A DNA stretch of 64,000 nt from Ascoidea asiatica JCM 7603 (lineage: Eukaryota; Fungi; Ascomycota): contig BCKQ01000003.1 in NCBI GenBank assembly GCA_001600695.1, positions 1,185,370-1,249,369 of the forward strand. Reading direction: 5' to 3'. Both the position numbers and the translations under genes were made by a program. This document shows positions 23,815 through 36,355 of the stretch, piece after piece. The notes below the pieces were generated by a model. The model was not told where the DNA came from and made no database searches. It saw only the letters and a program-made list of their open reading frames with translations. Position 1 is the stretch's first letter. Every line of letters starts with the position of its first letter.

Positions 23815-25949
23815 TTTAAATTGATGTTGAATTAGATTATTAGTACTGTATTTTTATTTATATCTAAATTGAATTTTTTTTTAGAAATAAAGGGTTTTAA
23901 ATAATTAGAAAAAAAGTTAATTGGATGAAAATATTGTAGAAAAAGGAGAATATCAATCTGATAATTAGAAAAATAAATTTGCTGAACAGTTGTTAGAATT
24001 AACTAATTGAAATTGCAAGTAGTTTATCAAGAGGTTGTAAACACAAAAATAATAACTTTCTGTTTGAAACCGACAACATGCTTTTTTTTATGTATTTGGT
24101 ATCATTGGAAAATGCTAACAATAAGTAAATGAATACAAATATAATTAGCTTGTGAAGGGTACCTACATGTTTACCCTGAATTTATCATAATTACATAAAA
24201 AAATTATTTGATTTATAATAGATTTTTGAAATAAAAAGAGCACTTTTTGAATTACACAATTATTGTTCGTTTTTATTGCATCTTTTTACCTTTTTTTATA
24301 TTCAGCAGTTGAACTAAGTTCATAAACTTTACAAAATTTAATGTATTCTTCCGGAATTGGAATTAGTCGATTTTATTTAGGACATCTAAATCTAATATTT
24401 GGGACGAAGTTTATTGGATTTCCCAAGTTTAAGATTTTGAGTAAAACTAAATCATTTGGTTGATATTATATTAATGACATTTGAGCAAAAAAAAAGAATT
24501 GTAAAGAATAAAAAAACAAGGTGCTTTTTTTCAAATTGATTATTAATGTTACCATTGATCATTTTTATAATTTTGGAAAACCGAACTAAATTTTACGAAC
24601 AATGTTTTAAAAACTTTCCAGTTTTTTTTCTTTGGATAACCAATAATACAATTTTTTTAATAAAATAACCTGATAAACTCCAATCTTAATTTTTAAAGAA
24701 TCTTTTCAGGTTGCTAATATATTATTGAGATGTAAAAAAGTAAAGTAAATTGACGCAGGTTTTATGAACAGCACGTTTCCACTTTTTTCAATTGCATTCT
24801 AAATTTCACTTTAGATGAGTCAAATTCCAAAACCTAAATTGTGCACAATAATACACTTTGATGCTTAAAAAAAAGTATTGTGCAGTCATATACCGACTTT
24901 TTTTTTTTAGTGTCAGAATAACGGTAATAGTTACCCTAATATAAATATGATGTAACACCAAATAAAAAAAATTGTTAAGTCGATAATTTCTCCTTAAATT
25001 GAATAAATAATCATTATTAAGGGTTTCTGAAAAAAATTGAAATTTAAAAATGAGAGTAATCTTTGAATATTATTCTATTACATTATTAGAAAAATTTGAA
25101 AGGAAAAAACCTTTAATAGAAACATTAATATATTTGGTTCCATTTATAATAAGCTTTCAATTTTTAGGTTTTTCTCTTTCAAAAAGATGTGAGTGGGGGA
25201 AAGAAAAAGAAAAAAAAAAAAAAAATGAAAAGAAATTAATTACAAAAATCAAAATTTTAATAACATTTTTTAATCAAAATATCTAATTGAGAATTAATTA
25301 AGTTACAATTGGGGAATTTTCGAGAAGAAAAAGATTGGCAAATGACTTTCAGATACTTACTTTTAAATTTTTTTTTTCTTTTTTTTTTTCTTTTACATTT
25401 GCCTACCCATACCTGTAAGATTTTTTCATATAAAAAGTTATTATCTGGGAATTTCCAAATTCGCTCTATTTTGAAATATTTTAGGATATGAAAATTTAAT
25501 AAAAGCATGTTGAAAATGCACCTTCTTCTTTTTCTTTTTACTTACCAAATGAATTTGAAATCAGAACCAGATTTTGAGATTTTGGGTGTCGTAGAAAAAA
25601 CGAACTCTGTTCCATCTAATATTTCATTATTTTGCAACCATCCAAACTTGAAATCTTATAATGTCTTAGTCTAGAATATAATAGGAAAAATTTTTTACTG
25701 GACGAGTGAAATTGGAGTTACTCTGTTAAAAAAGATAGCCTTTTATGGAAAAAAAAATAAAAAAAACTGCACAAAGATTGTACCTACATTTTTTTTTTTG
25801 AAAATGTTTAATTATTTGTTCAATGACTAATAAACTGAAATTTGTTTTTGAAAACTTAACGTTACTACGTTGTTTTAAAAGATTTCAGAGTAACAAAAAC
25901 CACCATTTGTGTTATCCTAAGTTGTAGAAGTCAGCAATATGAAATCCAG

Positions 25950-27150
25950 AGTTATGGTTCGTTAAAATGTTACGCAAATCTGCGGCAAACTGCTCATCAC
26001 GGATATACGTGGATTACCCAAATATAGTAAAGTAAGGGAATAAATTGTAAAAACAAAAGGAAAAGTGAAATTGCGCGAAATCTGGGATTTCACATAAGCC
26101 CCAGTAGCTGTTTTGCAGTCGTAGCAGCACAGTAAGGCTGAAAGTAGCAAACGCATGCGGAGGCCAGAGATAGAGCGCTCACCCTTTGCGAAGTCATCTG
26201 CAGGCCCGCAACTCCATTTTACTGCACTTGGCTGGCTGTGGCTGGTGGCGGGTGAAATGTGGTAGTACCGAGCAACCCCTAGAACTGCAACAACTTTCTG
26301 ATATTCCCCTAATAAATGGTCTTGTAATAAACATGGGTTTGCAAAGCCCAAATCAAACAGGGAAAGTCACAGGACCGGTAGGGAAGCTACGGAACCTGTT
26401 GATATTGAAATTAAAAGCGGGTCTGAAGGTGGGTAACTAGCGGATGGGTTTCCGGCAGATTGAAAAGATATCGGATGCAAATATGTAGATTTTATTTCAT
26501 ATTGGGAAACTTTTAATTTTCATAAAGAATAAATGAAGCAGCTTCTGCTTCTTCTTGTACGGAAGGAAATAATTATCAAAGATGAGAAGAATGAATTTTT
26601 CATCTATTTATAGTCACATTCCCAAGATTCTATGTTTAGCAGTCGCTAGAAGGAAAATCAGCCTAACGAAAACAGGAGCAAAGCCATTGAAAGCAGTACC
26701 AAAAAAAATGCCAATTAGACAATAATCAAAGCTAACGGAATAGATTCCGACAAACTCCATATATCACGGATATATGCTGCCCTACACAAAGAGGACATTT
26801 TTATTTATACCTTCCTCAGTGAGTTAAATCCTTGACCGGACCGCATCAAATCCGAAATTTGAACAGTGTTGCTGGTCCGCCAGATTCTGAAAGTCACACA
26901 TAAGCTAGATTAGCCAGGAAAACCAAGTAAACCAGATACAGTAAATGCACCAAAAACATCATAAAACCCACTAGGATGGGCACTAAGCTAGTGTATATTT
27001 AGCCCAAGTTACTATCAATCCGGAAGCAAACTGCCCAGGAAATGTCTTGGTTTTTGCCCAGAAATATTATGGAAATAAACTGGGAAATGCTTTAGAAATC
27101 CCTGGTAAAACGGATCAAGGAAGTTACACGAAAAGCAACTTCAGGCCAGC
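25950..27150 (+). ncRNA. Candidate long structured non-coding RNA or structured leader (block A)
   Basis: GC-richer island with many stems, e.g. 26065-71/26087-93, 26215-22/26251-58, 26352-61/26395-403, 26535-51, 26580-88/26597-605, 26758-76 and 26837-79. No credible ORF. Confidence 0.35.
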
Positions 27151-28218
27151 TTTTGCAAACTGAAAAAACATAGAAAAACATAAGAAACTTATTTTAGAAC
27201 TTTTGATTATATTTAGGCAAAAGTTTATATCTTTTGAAATTGAAAATCAAAGAGAATCTGCAAGAAAAGTTAACTCCTGTTTCATCAAATCTTAAAACCC
27301 AAGCCAATTAACCTTGGCTTTCAATTCTATTTTACCAAATCTTATTACTAATTTTCTTAAATATCTATTAAAATTTATTCATATTATTCAATATTATTCA
27401 TGCTAATCAATACTATTCGTACCATTCGTATTATTCTTTTAATTTCAAACTGCTTACTCTAGTAATATTTCTCACAATCCATACAACTTAGGTTATTTTA
27501 AGAAGAAAAAAGAAAAGTCCCAGGCTGAAAAACACTCCAAACAACCTTCAAAAGAAACTATTCTTTAAATTTCACATATTAAAACTTATTATCAATTAAT
27601 AACTCTTTATATCATACTGTACTGTTATCAAGTTTATTATCAAAATTTCATAATTCTTTCAATATTTCTACAGCTTAAATTATAGTTACTTTGTAAAATG
27701 AATCTTGGTTTTGCTTTTTTTTAAAAGTCAATTTCACCACCACCCTTTTATTTATAATTCAAAATTTTTATATCTATACTGAATTTTGAAACTAATATAA
27801 ATTATTCACTAATTCCCCCTTTACATTACTTAATTTATTATTCGTTTTCTTTTCATTCATTATTCTTTATATATTAATCACTGTTAATTAATATTCATTT
27901 AAATTTGGATTATTGATTATTGATTGTTTATTATATATAATATATTTCAAAGATAGCTAATGTATACTATATTATATTATATAATTAATCGGTCTTTCAT
28001 ATAAAATAGTCAAATTATTATATATCAAAATAATCAGATAATCAGATAATTAAGTTTTTTTTTTTATAAATTTGATTCAATTTCTCAAAGAAGAAAACTA
28101 AAAAAAAAACTAAATACTCTCGCTTTAATAATATAATTTAAATTCAATTATATTGATTCTTTCCTTTAGCAATTAATTTATTATATAAAATATTTCTTTG
28201 ATAATAATTTAATTCATA

Positions 28219-29511
28219 ATGTTTTCAAAAACAATATATATATTGTTTTTAACATTTTTCATTTCTTTCACAATTTCTTCACCAATAACATCAAAAAATA
28301 TTTTAAAGAAAAAAGATATTTTATCAAATTCAAAAAGAGATGTATATGATTATCAAGGTCAAAAAATCCAAGGTATTAATTTAGGTGGTTGGTTAGTATT
28401 AGAACCTTTTATAACTCCATCTTTATTTACTTATGATGATTCAGATCCAATTGATGAATATACTTTAACTACTTATCTTGGTAAAGACACAGCTTTAGAA
28501 GTTTTATCAAATCATTGGAATACTTGGTTAACTGAAGATGATTTCAAAGACATTGCAAATTATGGTTTAAATGCTGTTAGAATTCCAATTGGTTATTGGG
28601 CTTTTTATCTTAATGATGACGATCCTTATGTTCAAGGTCAAGCTGATATTTTAGAAAATGCAATCACCTGGGCAAGAAATAATAGTTTAAAAGTTTGGGT
28701 TGATTTACATGGTGCTGTTGGTTCTCAAAATGGTTTTGATAACTCTGGTCAAAGAGATGTTTTAGATTGGCAAAATTATGATAATGTTAATAAAACTTTA
28801 CAAGCTTTAGATTCATTATTAGATAGATTTGCAACTGAAGAAAATGAAGATACAATCATTGGTTTTGAATTAATTAATGAACCTTTAGGACCTTCTTTAT
28901 CTCTAGATAAAATTAAGGAATATTTTGTTAGTGGTTATAATTTAGTAAGAAATACTCATGGTTCCTCAAATAATGTTATCATTCATGATGCATTTGAAGC
29001 TGTTAATTATTGGGATGATTTTATGTTAACTTCTGATAATTATTATAATGTTGTTTTAGATCATCATCATTATCAAGTATTTTCAACTGGTGAATTACAA
29101 AGAACACTTGATGAACATGTTGCTTATGCATGTTATTTAGGATCTCAAGAAACAACAGAAACACACTGGAATATTATTGGTGAATGGTCAGCAGCTTTAA
29201 CAGATTGTGCATATTGGTTAAATGGTGCAGGAAGAGGTGCAAGATATGATTCTTCATATGATGATGCAACATATGTTGGATCTTGTGATGGTATTAGTGA
29301 TATTTCAAGTTGGGATGATACTCAAAAAACTAATACTAGAAAATATATTGAAGCTCAATTAGATGCATATTCAACTAATGAAGGATGGTTTTTCTGGACT
29401 TATAAAACTGAAAGTACAGTTGAATGGGATTTCAAAGTTTTAGCAGATAACGGTTTATTTCCACAACCTCTTGATGATCGTCAATATGGTGAACAATGTT
29501 GGTATTCTTAA
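28219..29511 (+). CDS. EXG1: GH5 exo-1,3-beta-glucanase
   Basis: Signal peptide, KR Kex2 site, GINLGGWLVLEPFITPSLF, RIPIGYW, SQNGFDNSG, catalytic NEP and IGEWS. Confidence 0.95.
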   Translation: MFSKTIYILFLTFFISFTISSPITSKNILKKKDILSNSKRDVYDYQGQKIQGINLGGWLVLEPFITPSLFTYDDSDPIDEYTLTTYLGKDTALEVLSNHWNTWLTEDDFKDIANYGLNAVRIPIGYWAFYLNDDDPYVQGQADILENAITWARNNSLKVWVDLHGAVGSQNGFDNSGQRDVLDWQNYDNVNKTLQALDSLLDRFATEENEDTIIGFELINEPLGPSLSLDKIKEYFVSGYNLVRNTHGSSNNVIIHDAFEAVNYWDDFMLTSDNYYNVVLDHHHYQVFSTGELQRTLDEHVAYACYLGSQETTETHWNIIGEWSAALTDCAYWLNGAGRGARYDSSYDDATYVGSCDGISDISSWDDTQKTNTRKYIEAQLDAYSTNEGWFFWTYKTESTVEWDFKVLADNGLFPQPLDDRQYGEQCWYS

Positions 29512-30284
29512 AAAAATTAATTTAAAATGATTTTTCTTTTAATATATATAAATCATATATACTATAAATTTTTTTTTTTTTGAATTTTTTTTTGTTCAAG
29601 CAGTTGCAAAATTAGATCTTTATATGAAATTTCTTTAATTATTAACCCCTTTAACCTTTTCTTTCTTAATGTTGACAAATCTTAGAAAAGTTCAATTTTT
29701 TATAACCTTTAATTTTATCTTTCTTCAAATTATTTTCAATATTTTTTTTCCCTATTCATTTATTTATCTTCAGGCACTTTTAATGAAAAAAAAAGAGAAA
29801 CTAATGTTACATTCGATAAATTAATGATAAATTCAATACATTCAAATATATTCAATAATCTTTAATTAAAAAAAAAAGTATTTAAAGACTTTGTAGACCT
29901 TTACAGAGCCTTTTGGCTTAGGAGGTTGTCAGGCAATTTTGAGCCTCAATTGCTAGGATAAATGTAACAATCAAATATCGTGATAACTAAAACGATTTCT
30001 CATATTGAATTTTTTATAACGGAGTCGTCAATTGCAGCAAATTCATTTCAACCACAACACCAGCATAAAATCCACTTTATTTTGAAGAGAGAACTTTCTA
30101 CTAATATTAACATAATTAAGTTGAGATTTAGGTCAATCTTAATTTTCAAACCTAAAGCTGCATATTTAACTGGCCAATAGTCTGCGGGCATCGGATAAAC
30201 TTCTTACTTTTGTGCATCTGAGTTGCTGGTTAAGCGCAGCATTGATGGAACACGAGCACAACGCAAGTTTAACACAACACAAAA

Positions 30285-30320
30285 ATTGAAAGCACGTTAT
30301 TGAAAGCACGTTATTGAAAG
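30285..30320. repeat. 14-bp tandem repeat ATTGAAAGCACGTT x2.6
   Basis: Read directly. Each full copy contains CACGTT. Confidence 0.9.
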
Positions 30321-31092
30321 TTCTGCGTTGGGACAGAAAGTGTGTGTAGTAAATCGCGGACATTCAACTTGAATATTTCTGCCGAGAAAAGGATATCATA
30401 TTTTCTTAAATGGAAACTTTCCCGCTCACAAAGGTTTTATTCAGTTTCAATGCGGGATTCTGTTTAATAATTTATTACCCGAACACTTCCTGCGTTTGAA
30501 CATCACGTGTGATAGGAATTAAGGCCATTTATAGAAACCAATCATTTGGTGTTCTGTTCGCGAACACCAAATTGGTGTTTATTATTGGAAAATTATAATC
30601 AGGTCGGCAAAAAAATTAAATTAACTGTTAGATTTATATCGCTTTGCGTTTTACATTTAAATTTATTTCAGATCAAACTTTTGACTATGCTATTTCTAAA
30701 GCATATTGTCTATAGTCCATATCTACAGAAATATCATTTGTTAAACTATTTTTTAATTAAGTCCTCTGATTCATTGAAATGTTTTAAATCGGTTTTAAAT
30801 AAGCTGTAATCATTAATAATGTTATAGTTATTGCATATTAATTTATCTCGAGAAATGATAACCAGTCTAATATGTTTTATTTTCATTTATTTCATTATGT
30901 TTGTGGTTTTGATCAATTTTTCGTTATTTATTTAAAAAGACCTTTATCCTTAAATCTTAGCTATTTATGTTTCTGGAAAGAGTACTTATGAAATTCTTTA
31001 TACTTTCTACAATGAATCAATTCTAATTTGATTTCTGTTTTAAAAATTAATAAATTTAATTTAATTTCAAAATATATTATATCATAATTAAA

Positions 31093-32826
31093 ATGGCGAA
31101 ACAATCTTTCTTGAACCAACTTAAAACTTTTCCAATTGCTCAAATAAGTATAGTTCTTTTAGCAAGATTAGCAGAACCAATAAATTTTTCATCAGTATTT
31201 CCATATATTTATTTTATGGTTAGAGATTTTCATATTGCGAAAAATGAATCAGATATTTCAAAATTCACAAGTTATTTTCCTTCTGTTTTTGCTTTAGCTC
31301 AGGTTTTTACTTCAATAAAATGGTTTCAATTCAGTCAAATTCATGGTAGAAAATTAACGATAATTATTGGTTTATCTGGAAGTTTTTTATCTGCAATTTT
31401 ATTTGGATTATCTCCAAATTATTATGTTGCACTTTTTTCAAAATTTATAATGGGCTCATTAAATGGTAATATTCCTGTTATAAGAACAATTGTTGGAGAA
31501 ATTGCAACTGAAAGAAAACATCAAGCAATTGCTTTTGGTAGTATTCCATTAATATGGTATCTTGGCTCTGTGATTGGACCATTCATTGGTGGTACTTTTG
31601 CAACTCCAAATAAAAAAGATGACTATTATAATGATATAAACAATAATATTTTTAATAATAGTCCATCAAATTATTTGATTTTTAAAAAATTTCCATATTT
31701 CTTACCAAATTTAATTTGTGCAATAATACTTTTATTTAGTATAACATTTTTTTTCTTATTTTTTGAGGAAACTTGTCCTAAATTAAAAAATGAATATGAT
31801 TTCGGTTTAGTCTTAGGTGATTATTTATTAAAATTTTTTGGTTTAAAAAATGAAAATTTTAAAAGACCTTGGGAAATTAAAAAATTGAACGAAAATAATA
31901 ATTCAAATATAAACTTTAATAGAGTATCAACCTCAAACGATTCATTGGTTATTTTTGAAGGGACTCCCACATGCGAATCTGAACCATTGATAAAAAAAAA
32001 TAATTCAATTCAACAAAATAAATCAAATAGATCACTGACTATTGAAGAAGAGGAACAAGAAGTTAGTAAAATTCCTTGGAAAGAGATTTTTTTAAAATCG
32101 GAAAATAATAGATTGATATTAGCATACTTTTACTTGGGATTATTTGAAGTTATTTATCTTCAATTTTTTCCAGTTTTCTTATCAATAAATTTTTCTGATG
32201 ATTCTAAATTTCCGTTTAAAATAGCTGGAGGTCTTGGATTTGATTCAGATATGATTGGTATATTACTTTCAAGTACAGGGGTTGTGGGTATAATTGCAAT
32301 TTTATGTTTCTTCCCATTGTTAGATAGATATTTTGCCCCAGTTAAAGTTTTTAGATTTTTACAAAGAATTTATCCATTTATTGCATTTTTTTTACCATTT
32401 GTTATTTTTTTATTACCAGAAAATTTATATAATGATCCTTTATTGCCTAATGATGAGAGAAATTTGAAACTTACAAAAATTGCATTATATGCTATATCAA
32501 TGTCAACTATGATTTGTGATTCATTATCATTTCCTACTTTAAATTTATTATTACATATTGCTTCTCCTCCAAAATATAGAGCAATTATCAATACTTTGTC
32601 ACTTTCTGGATCTTCTTTTGCCAGGTTCATTGGGCCTTTAATTTGGGGAAGATTAATTTCACTATCAGTAAAATATGAAATTGGTTGGCTAGCTTGGTGG
32701 ATTCTATCCTTGATTTCAATTTTGGGTTATATTATAGGCCGTGAATTAGAAAAGGGAAAAGGCAATGAAGTAATGAAAGATGAATCAGATGAAGAAGTAA
32801 ATGAAGAAATCAGTCAAGTAGTTTAA
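31093..32826 (+). CDS. MFS transporter, YCR023C/ZIFL-like, tandem paralog 1
   Basis: FP..Q..RLAEPI.FSS.FPY..FM.RDF, GRK motif A remnant, LNGN..VIRT..GEIA, ARFIGP..WG, about 12 hydrophobic segments. Confidence 0.9.
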   Translation: MAKQSFLNQLKTFPIAQISIVLLARLAEPINFSSVFPYIYFMVRDFHIAKNESDISKFTSYFPSVFALAQVFTSIKWFQFSQIHGRKLTIIIGLSGSFLSAILFGLSPNYYVALFSKFIMGSLNGNIPVIRTIVGEIATERKHQAIAFGSIPLIWYLGSVIGPFIGGTFATPNKKDDYYNDINNNIFNNSPSNYLIFKKFPYFLPNLICAIILLFSITFFFLFFEETCPKLKNEYDFGLVLGDYLLKFFGLKNENFKRPWEIKKLNENNNSNINFNRVSTSNDSLVIFEGTPTCESEPLIKKNNSIQQNKSNRSLTIEEEEQEVSKIPWKEIFLKSENNRLILAYFYLGLFEVIYLQFFPVFLSINFSDDSKFPFKIAGGLGFDSDMIGILLSSTGVVGIIAILCFFPLLDRYFAPVKVFRFLQRIYPFIAFFLPFVIFLLPENLYNDPLLPNDERNLKLTKIALYAISMSTMICDSLSFPTLNLLLHIASPPKYRAIINTLSLSGSSFARFIGPLIWGRLISLSVKYEIGWLAWWILSLISILGYIIGRELEKGKGNEVMKDESDEEVNEEISQVV

Positions 32827-34353
32827 TCCCTAATTCAATGACTAATATTTTGTTTTTGTTTCCGCCCTTTTTAAGCTTTTTTTTATTTTTTTTTTATTTT
32901 TATTTTTAACTTCTGATTTGAATCTTTTTTTTTGAAAATTTTCTCTTTAGATTTAGTTTACTTTTTTAGTTGTACTTTCTTTCATTTCTTACGAGTTTAT
33001 TATTCTTTTTTATGCAAAACTTTGAGTCATAAGAATATGTTTTTTTTTGTAATGATAACAATGACAATCATATTGATTGTACCCCAAGTTTGGCATTAGA
33101 GAAAGGTCCTATTTTAGCAGCACACTGCCCTGTATATTATCAATAATGTCCTACTCAACTGGAGTTCAAGATTCGGGGCAGAAGTAGTACGCGAAAGCGC
33201 AGCGGGGGCAATGAAAACCACTCTCCTGGGTCTAATTTAGGTCTCATCCGAATCGTAAAATCCACTACAAGGCGTCCTGACATGGCTGTCTTGATTCCAT
33301 CTCTAGCCAATAGAACTGCCGAATCTACAGTTATAAACAAAAAGGAATATTCAAAAAATAATTTAATAATCAATTATCAACTACAATGCTGTAGTATCTG
33401 TAGCGTAATTTGTATTTTTTATAAATGATTTTATTTGCTTTAAAACAATTTTATTATTAAAAAGATTGAGAATTGAAGAGTAGTTGAGAAGCATGAAAAC
33501 AAAAAGTAATAAATGAAATTAGAGATTTGTAAGTTTGGAAGTACTCTATTTCAGTCTTCGGCTGTTACACAAGCACATAAAATTAAGTTAATTTCGGTTC
33601 TCATGTGTCACAAGAAGAAATTGTTTAAATTGTAAGAAACTCAATAAGGCAAACTGACTAGAAAGTTATTTTGAGAGTGATTTGAAAGTTGGCTTTTATT
33701 TATAATAAGTGTTAGACATATTTCTTCAAGATAAGATAAATCATTAGTGATTGGAAGAATCAGTTATGCGATGATCACTAACATTCGCTGCTCAAATACT
33801 AAAATAAGAACAAATTGATTTTCTTTTCTTATTATTTTCGGTTACTTTTTAATGATCTTAATTGACTTTAAAGCTTTTAGTGTTTGTTACCTTTGATTGA
33901 TTATACTGACAGTCCTTATTTCTTTTTCGAAATATTTTTCATTTACAATAATGGGGTTAGTCCTTTATCGGGCAGTTATAAGATTTACATTTGCCAATCA
34001 CAATAAAGGCACTCAAATATAAATATAATACTAACAATTATTTATGTGTAACGGTAGTTTATTAATTCAAAATTTATATCTCAGATTTTCGTAAAACTTT
34101 AGATATAAAGGTCATTCTTTCTCCTCTATTCGGTTTCTCTTTATTACCATAATACTTCTTTAATCTTTTAAAGAAAAAAAATAAAATAAGATTGATTAGA
34201 TTTATCATAATATTATAAATTATAACTCTATCAATAAAATTTACTTTAAAAAGGACTATGAAATCACGGAAAGTAAAAAAAATCTAATCTAAATTTAATC
34301 TTTCTTTCAATTAATTTTTATTAAATTTTCTTCTTAAAATTTCTTTTTAAAAA

Positions 34354-36078
34354 ATGGCAAGACCAACATTCAGAGATCAATTAAAAGGGTTTCCATTTTC
34401 TCAAATAGTTATAATTGGCATAGCAAGAATATCTGAACCAATCAGTTTTTCATCTGTATTTCCATATCTTTATTTTATGATTAGAGATTTTCATATTTCT
34501 GAAAATGAATCGGATATTTCAAAATATACAGGATACTTTGCTTCCGTTTTTGCAGTTGCTCAAGTATATTCAACTATAAAATGGTTTCAATTTAGTCAAG
34601 CTTATGGAAGAAAATTATCTTTAATGCTAGGCTTGCTTGGTACTGCCTTTTGTTCAATCATTTTTGGTTTATCTAAAAATTATTATATTGCTTTATTTGC
34701 CAGATTTCTACTAGGTATATTAAATGGTAACGGTCAAGTTCTTAGAACTGCTGTAAGTGAAATTGCAACTGAAAGAAAACACCAAGCAATGGCTTTTAGT
34801 ACTCTTCCATTAGTTTGGTATGCAGGTTGTGTAATTGGACCTATAATCGGAGGTGGTTTAGTCAATCCTGCACTTAATGATCCATATTATGATGATATTC
34901 CTTCAAAAATTACTAGAAGTATACCTAAATTGAAAATAAAAACACATAGAATTTTTGAAAAATTTCCTTATTTTTTACCAAATTTAGTTTGTGCATCAAT
35001 TCTTTTACTGGGAATAGTTATTATTTTTTTTTTTTTTGAAGAAACTCATCCAAATTGTAAAAATAATTATGATTTTGGATTAGATCTAGGTTATAAACTT
35101 TTAACATTTTTTGGTATTAGAGATAAAAATGAACAAAAACCTTGGGAAGTACAAAAACGAGTTCGCAATATTTATAGTGATGAAAATACTTCTCAATCAA
35201 GAATTGGAACAGAAACAGAAACAGACCCTTTGATAAAAAAAGATAAAACTAATAACTCATTAGAAGTTCAAACTAGATCAGAAGCAAATTCTGATATAGA
35301 AGAAGAGATATTAGATGGATCATCGATTCCATGGAAAGAAATATTTTCGAAATCGGAGAATTGCACATTAATATTTTGCCAATTTTATTATTCAATATCG
35401 GAAAATATATATATGGAATTTTTACCTGTTTTTTTATCAATTGATTATTCAAGAGAAAGTAAATTTCCTTTAACTATAGCTGGAGGATTTGGATTTAATA
35501 CCGAAATGATTGGAAATCTATTTTCAAGAACTGGGGTTATTGGAGTTTTTATAATTATATTTGTCTTTCCTTTAATTGATAGACATTTTGCACCAGCTAA
35601 AACACTAAGATTTTTTCAAATGATTTATCCATTTATATTTTTTCTAATACCTTTTGCAATTTTTTTATTACCAGAGAATTTATTTAATGAAGATTTACTT
35701 CCAAATGAAGAAAGAAGATTAATATTTGTTAATTTTGCATTATATTTGTTTGGATTAATTAGATTAGCTTGTGATTCAATCTATTATCCAACATTAGTTT
35801 TATTATTACATATTTCTACTCCAAGGAAATATTCAGAAGTTATAAATTCACTAGCAATTTCGGGTTCGGCATTAGCTAGATTTATTGGTCCTATAATTTG
35901 GGGAAATTTAATGTCATTTTCGGTTAAATATGATATTGGCTGGTTTAGTTGGTGGGTTTTAACATTTTTAACAATAATTGCTGTAATTCAAAGTCGTCAA
36001 TTAAAGAAAGGTAAAGGGAACAAAATCATGACAGAAGAAGGTGAATTTGAATCTAATGAAGATATTGAAGTTGCATGA
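34354..36078 (+). CDS. MFS transporter, YCR023C/ZIFL-like, tandem paralog 2
   Basis: Same motif set as paralog 1 (FPYLYFMIRDFH, EIATERKHQA, FPYFLPNL, IPWKEIF, ARFIGP, KGKGN). Confidence 0.9.
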   Translation: MARPTFRDQLKGFPFSQIVIIGIARISEPISFSSVFPYLYFMIRDFHISENESDISKYTGYFASVFAVAQVYSTIKWFQFSQAYGRKLSLMLGLLGTAFCSIIFGLSKNYYIALFARFLLGILNGNGQVLRTAVSEIATERKHQAMAFSTLPLVWYAGCVIGPIIGGGLVNPALNDPYYDDIPSKITRSIPKLKIKTHRIFEKFPYFLPNLVCASILLLGIVIIFFFFEETHPNCKNNYDFGLDLGYKLLTFFGIRDKNEQKPWEVQKRVRNIYSDENTSQSRIGTETETDPLIKKDKTNNSLEVQTRSEANSDIEEEILDGSSIPWKEIFSKSENCTLIFCQFYYSISENIYMEFLPVFLSIDYSRESKFPLTIAGGFGFNTEMIGNLFSRTGVIGVFIIIFVFPLIDRHFAPAKTLRFFQMIYPFIFFLIPFAIFLLPENLFNEDLLPNEERRLIFVNFALYLFGLIRLACDSIYYPTLVLLLHISTPRKYSEVINSLAISGSALARFIGPIIWGNLMSFSVKYDIGWFSWWVLTFLTIIAVIQSRQLKKGKGNKIMTEEGEFESNEDIEVA

Positions 36079-36355
36079 TTTTTTTATTTAGTTTTTTGAT
36101 AGATAAACATTTTTTGACTAAAATATTTAGTGTTTGATCTTTAATATATAAGAAATATTTTAAAAAGCTGCTAGCTTCTCTGGATATTCTTTTTTTTTTT
36201 AATATAGACTAATGAATCTGATCAAATAAATTGAATTTGAACTTTAATTAGATTATGCCAAAACAAATTACTTTCATCGGTCGAATTTTGTTCAATAATG
36301 AAAATACCTTCAAATTTAAACTGCATTTCAGATTTTAGAATTTAAATTAGGGTAT

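Noticed and set aside
26359-26372. GGGAAAGTC resembles conserved region I of RNase MRP/P RNA
   Set aside because: I found no downstream complementary CR-V partner to form helix P4, so block A is not called RNase P or MRP.
5422-29511. CHS7, GH81 glucanase, PEF1 and EXG1 as a cell-wall gene cluster
   Set aside because: They are interspersed with unrelated housekeeping genes and I saw no shared regulatory motif, so co-location may be chance.
29908-29921. GCCTTTTGGCTTAG matches the 5' part of U2 snRNA, and TGTAGTATCTGT at about 33390 matches its branch-recognition region
   Set aside because: The two pieces are 3.5 kb apart and neither continues into the adjacent U2 sequence, so these are most likely chance matches.
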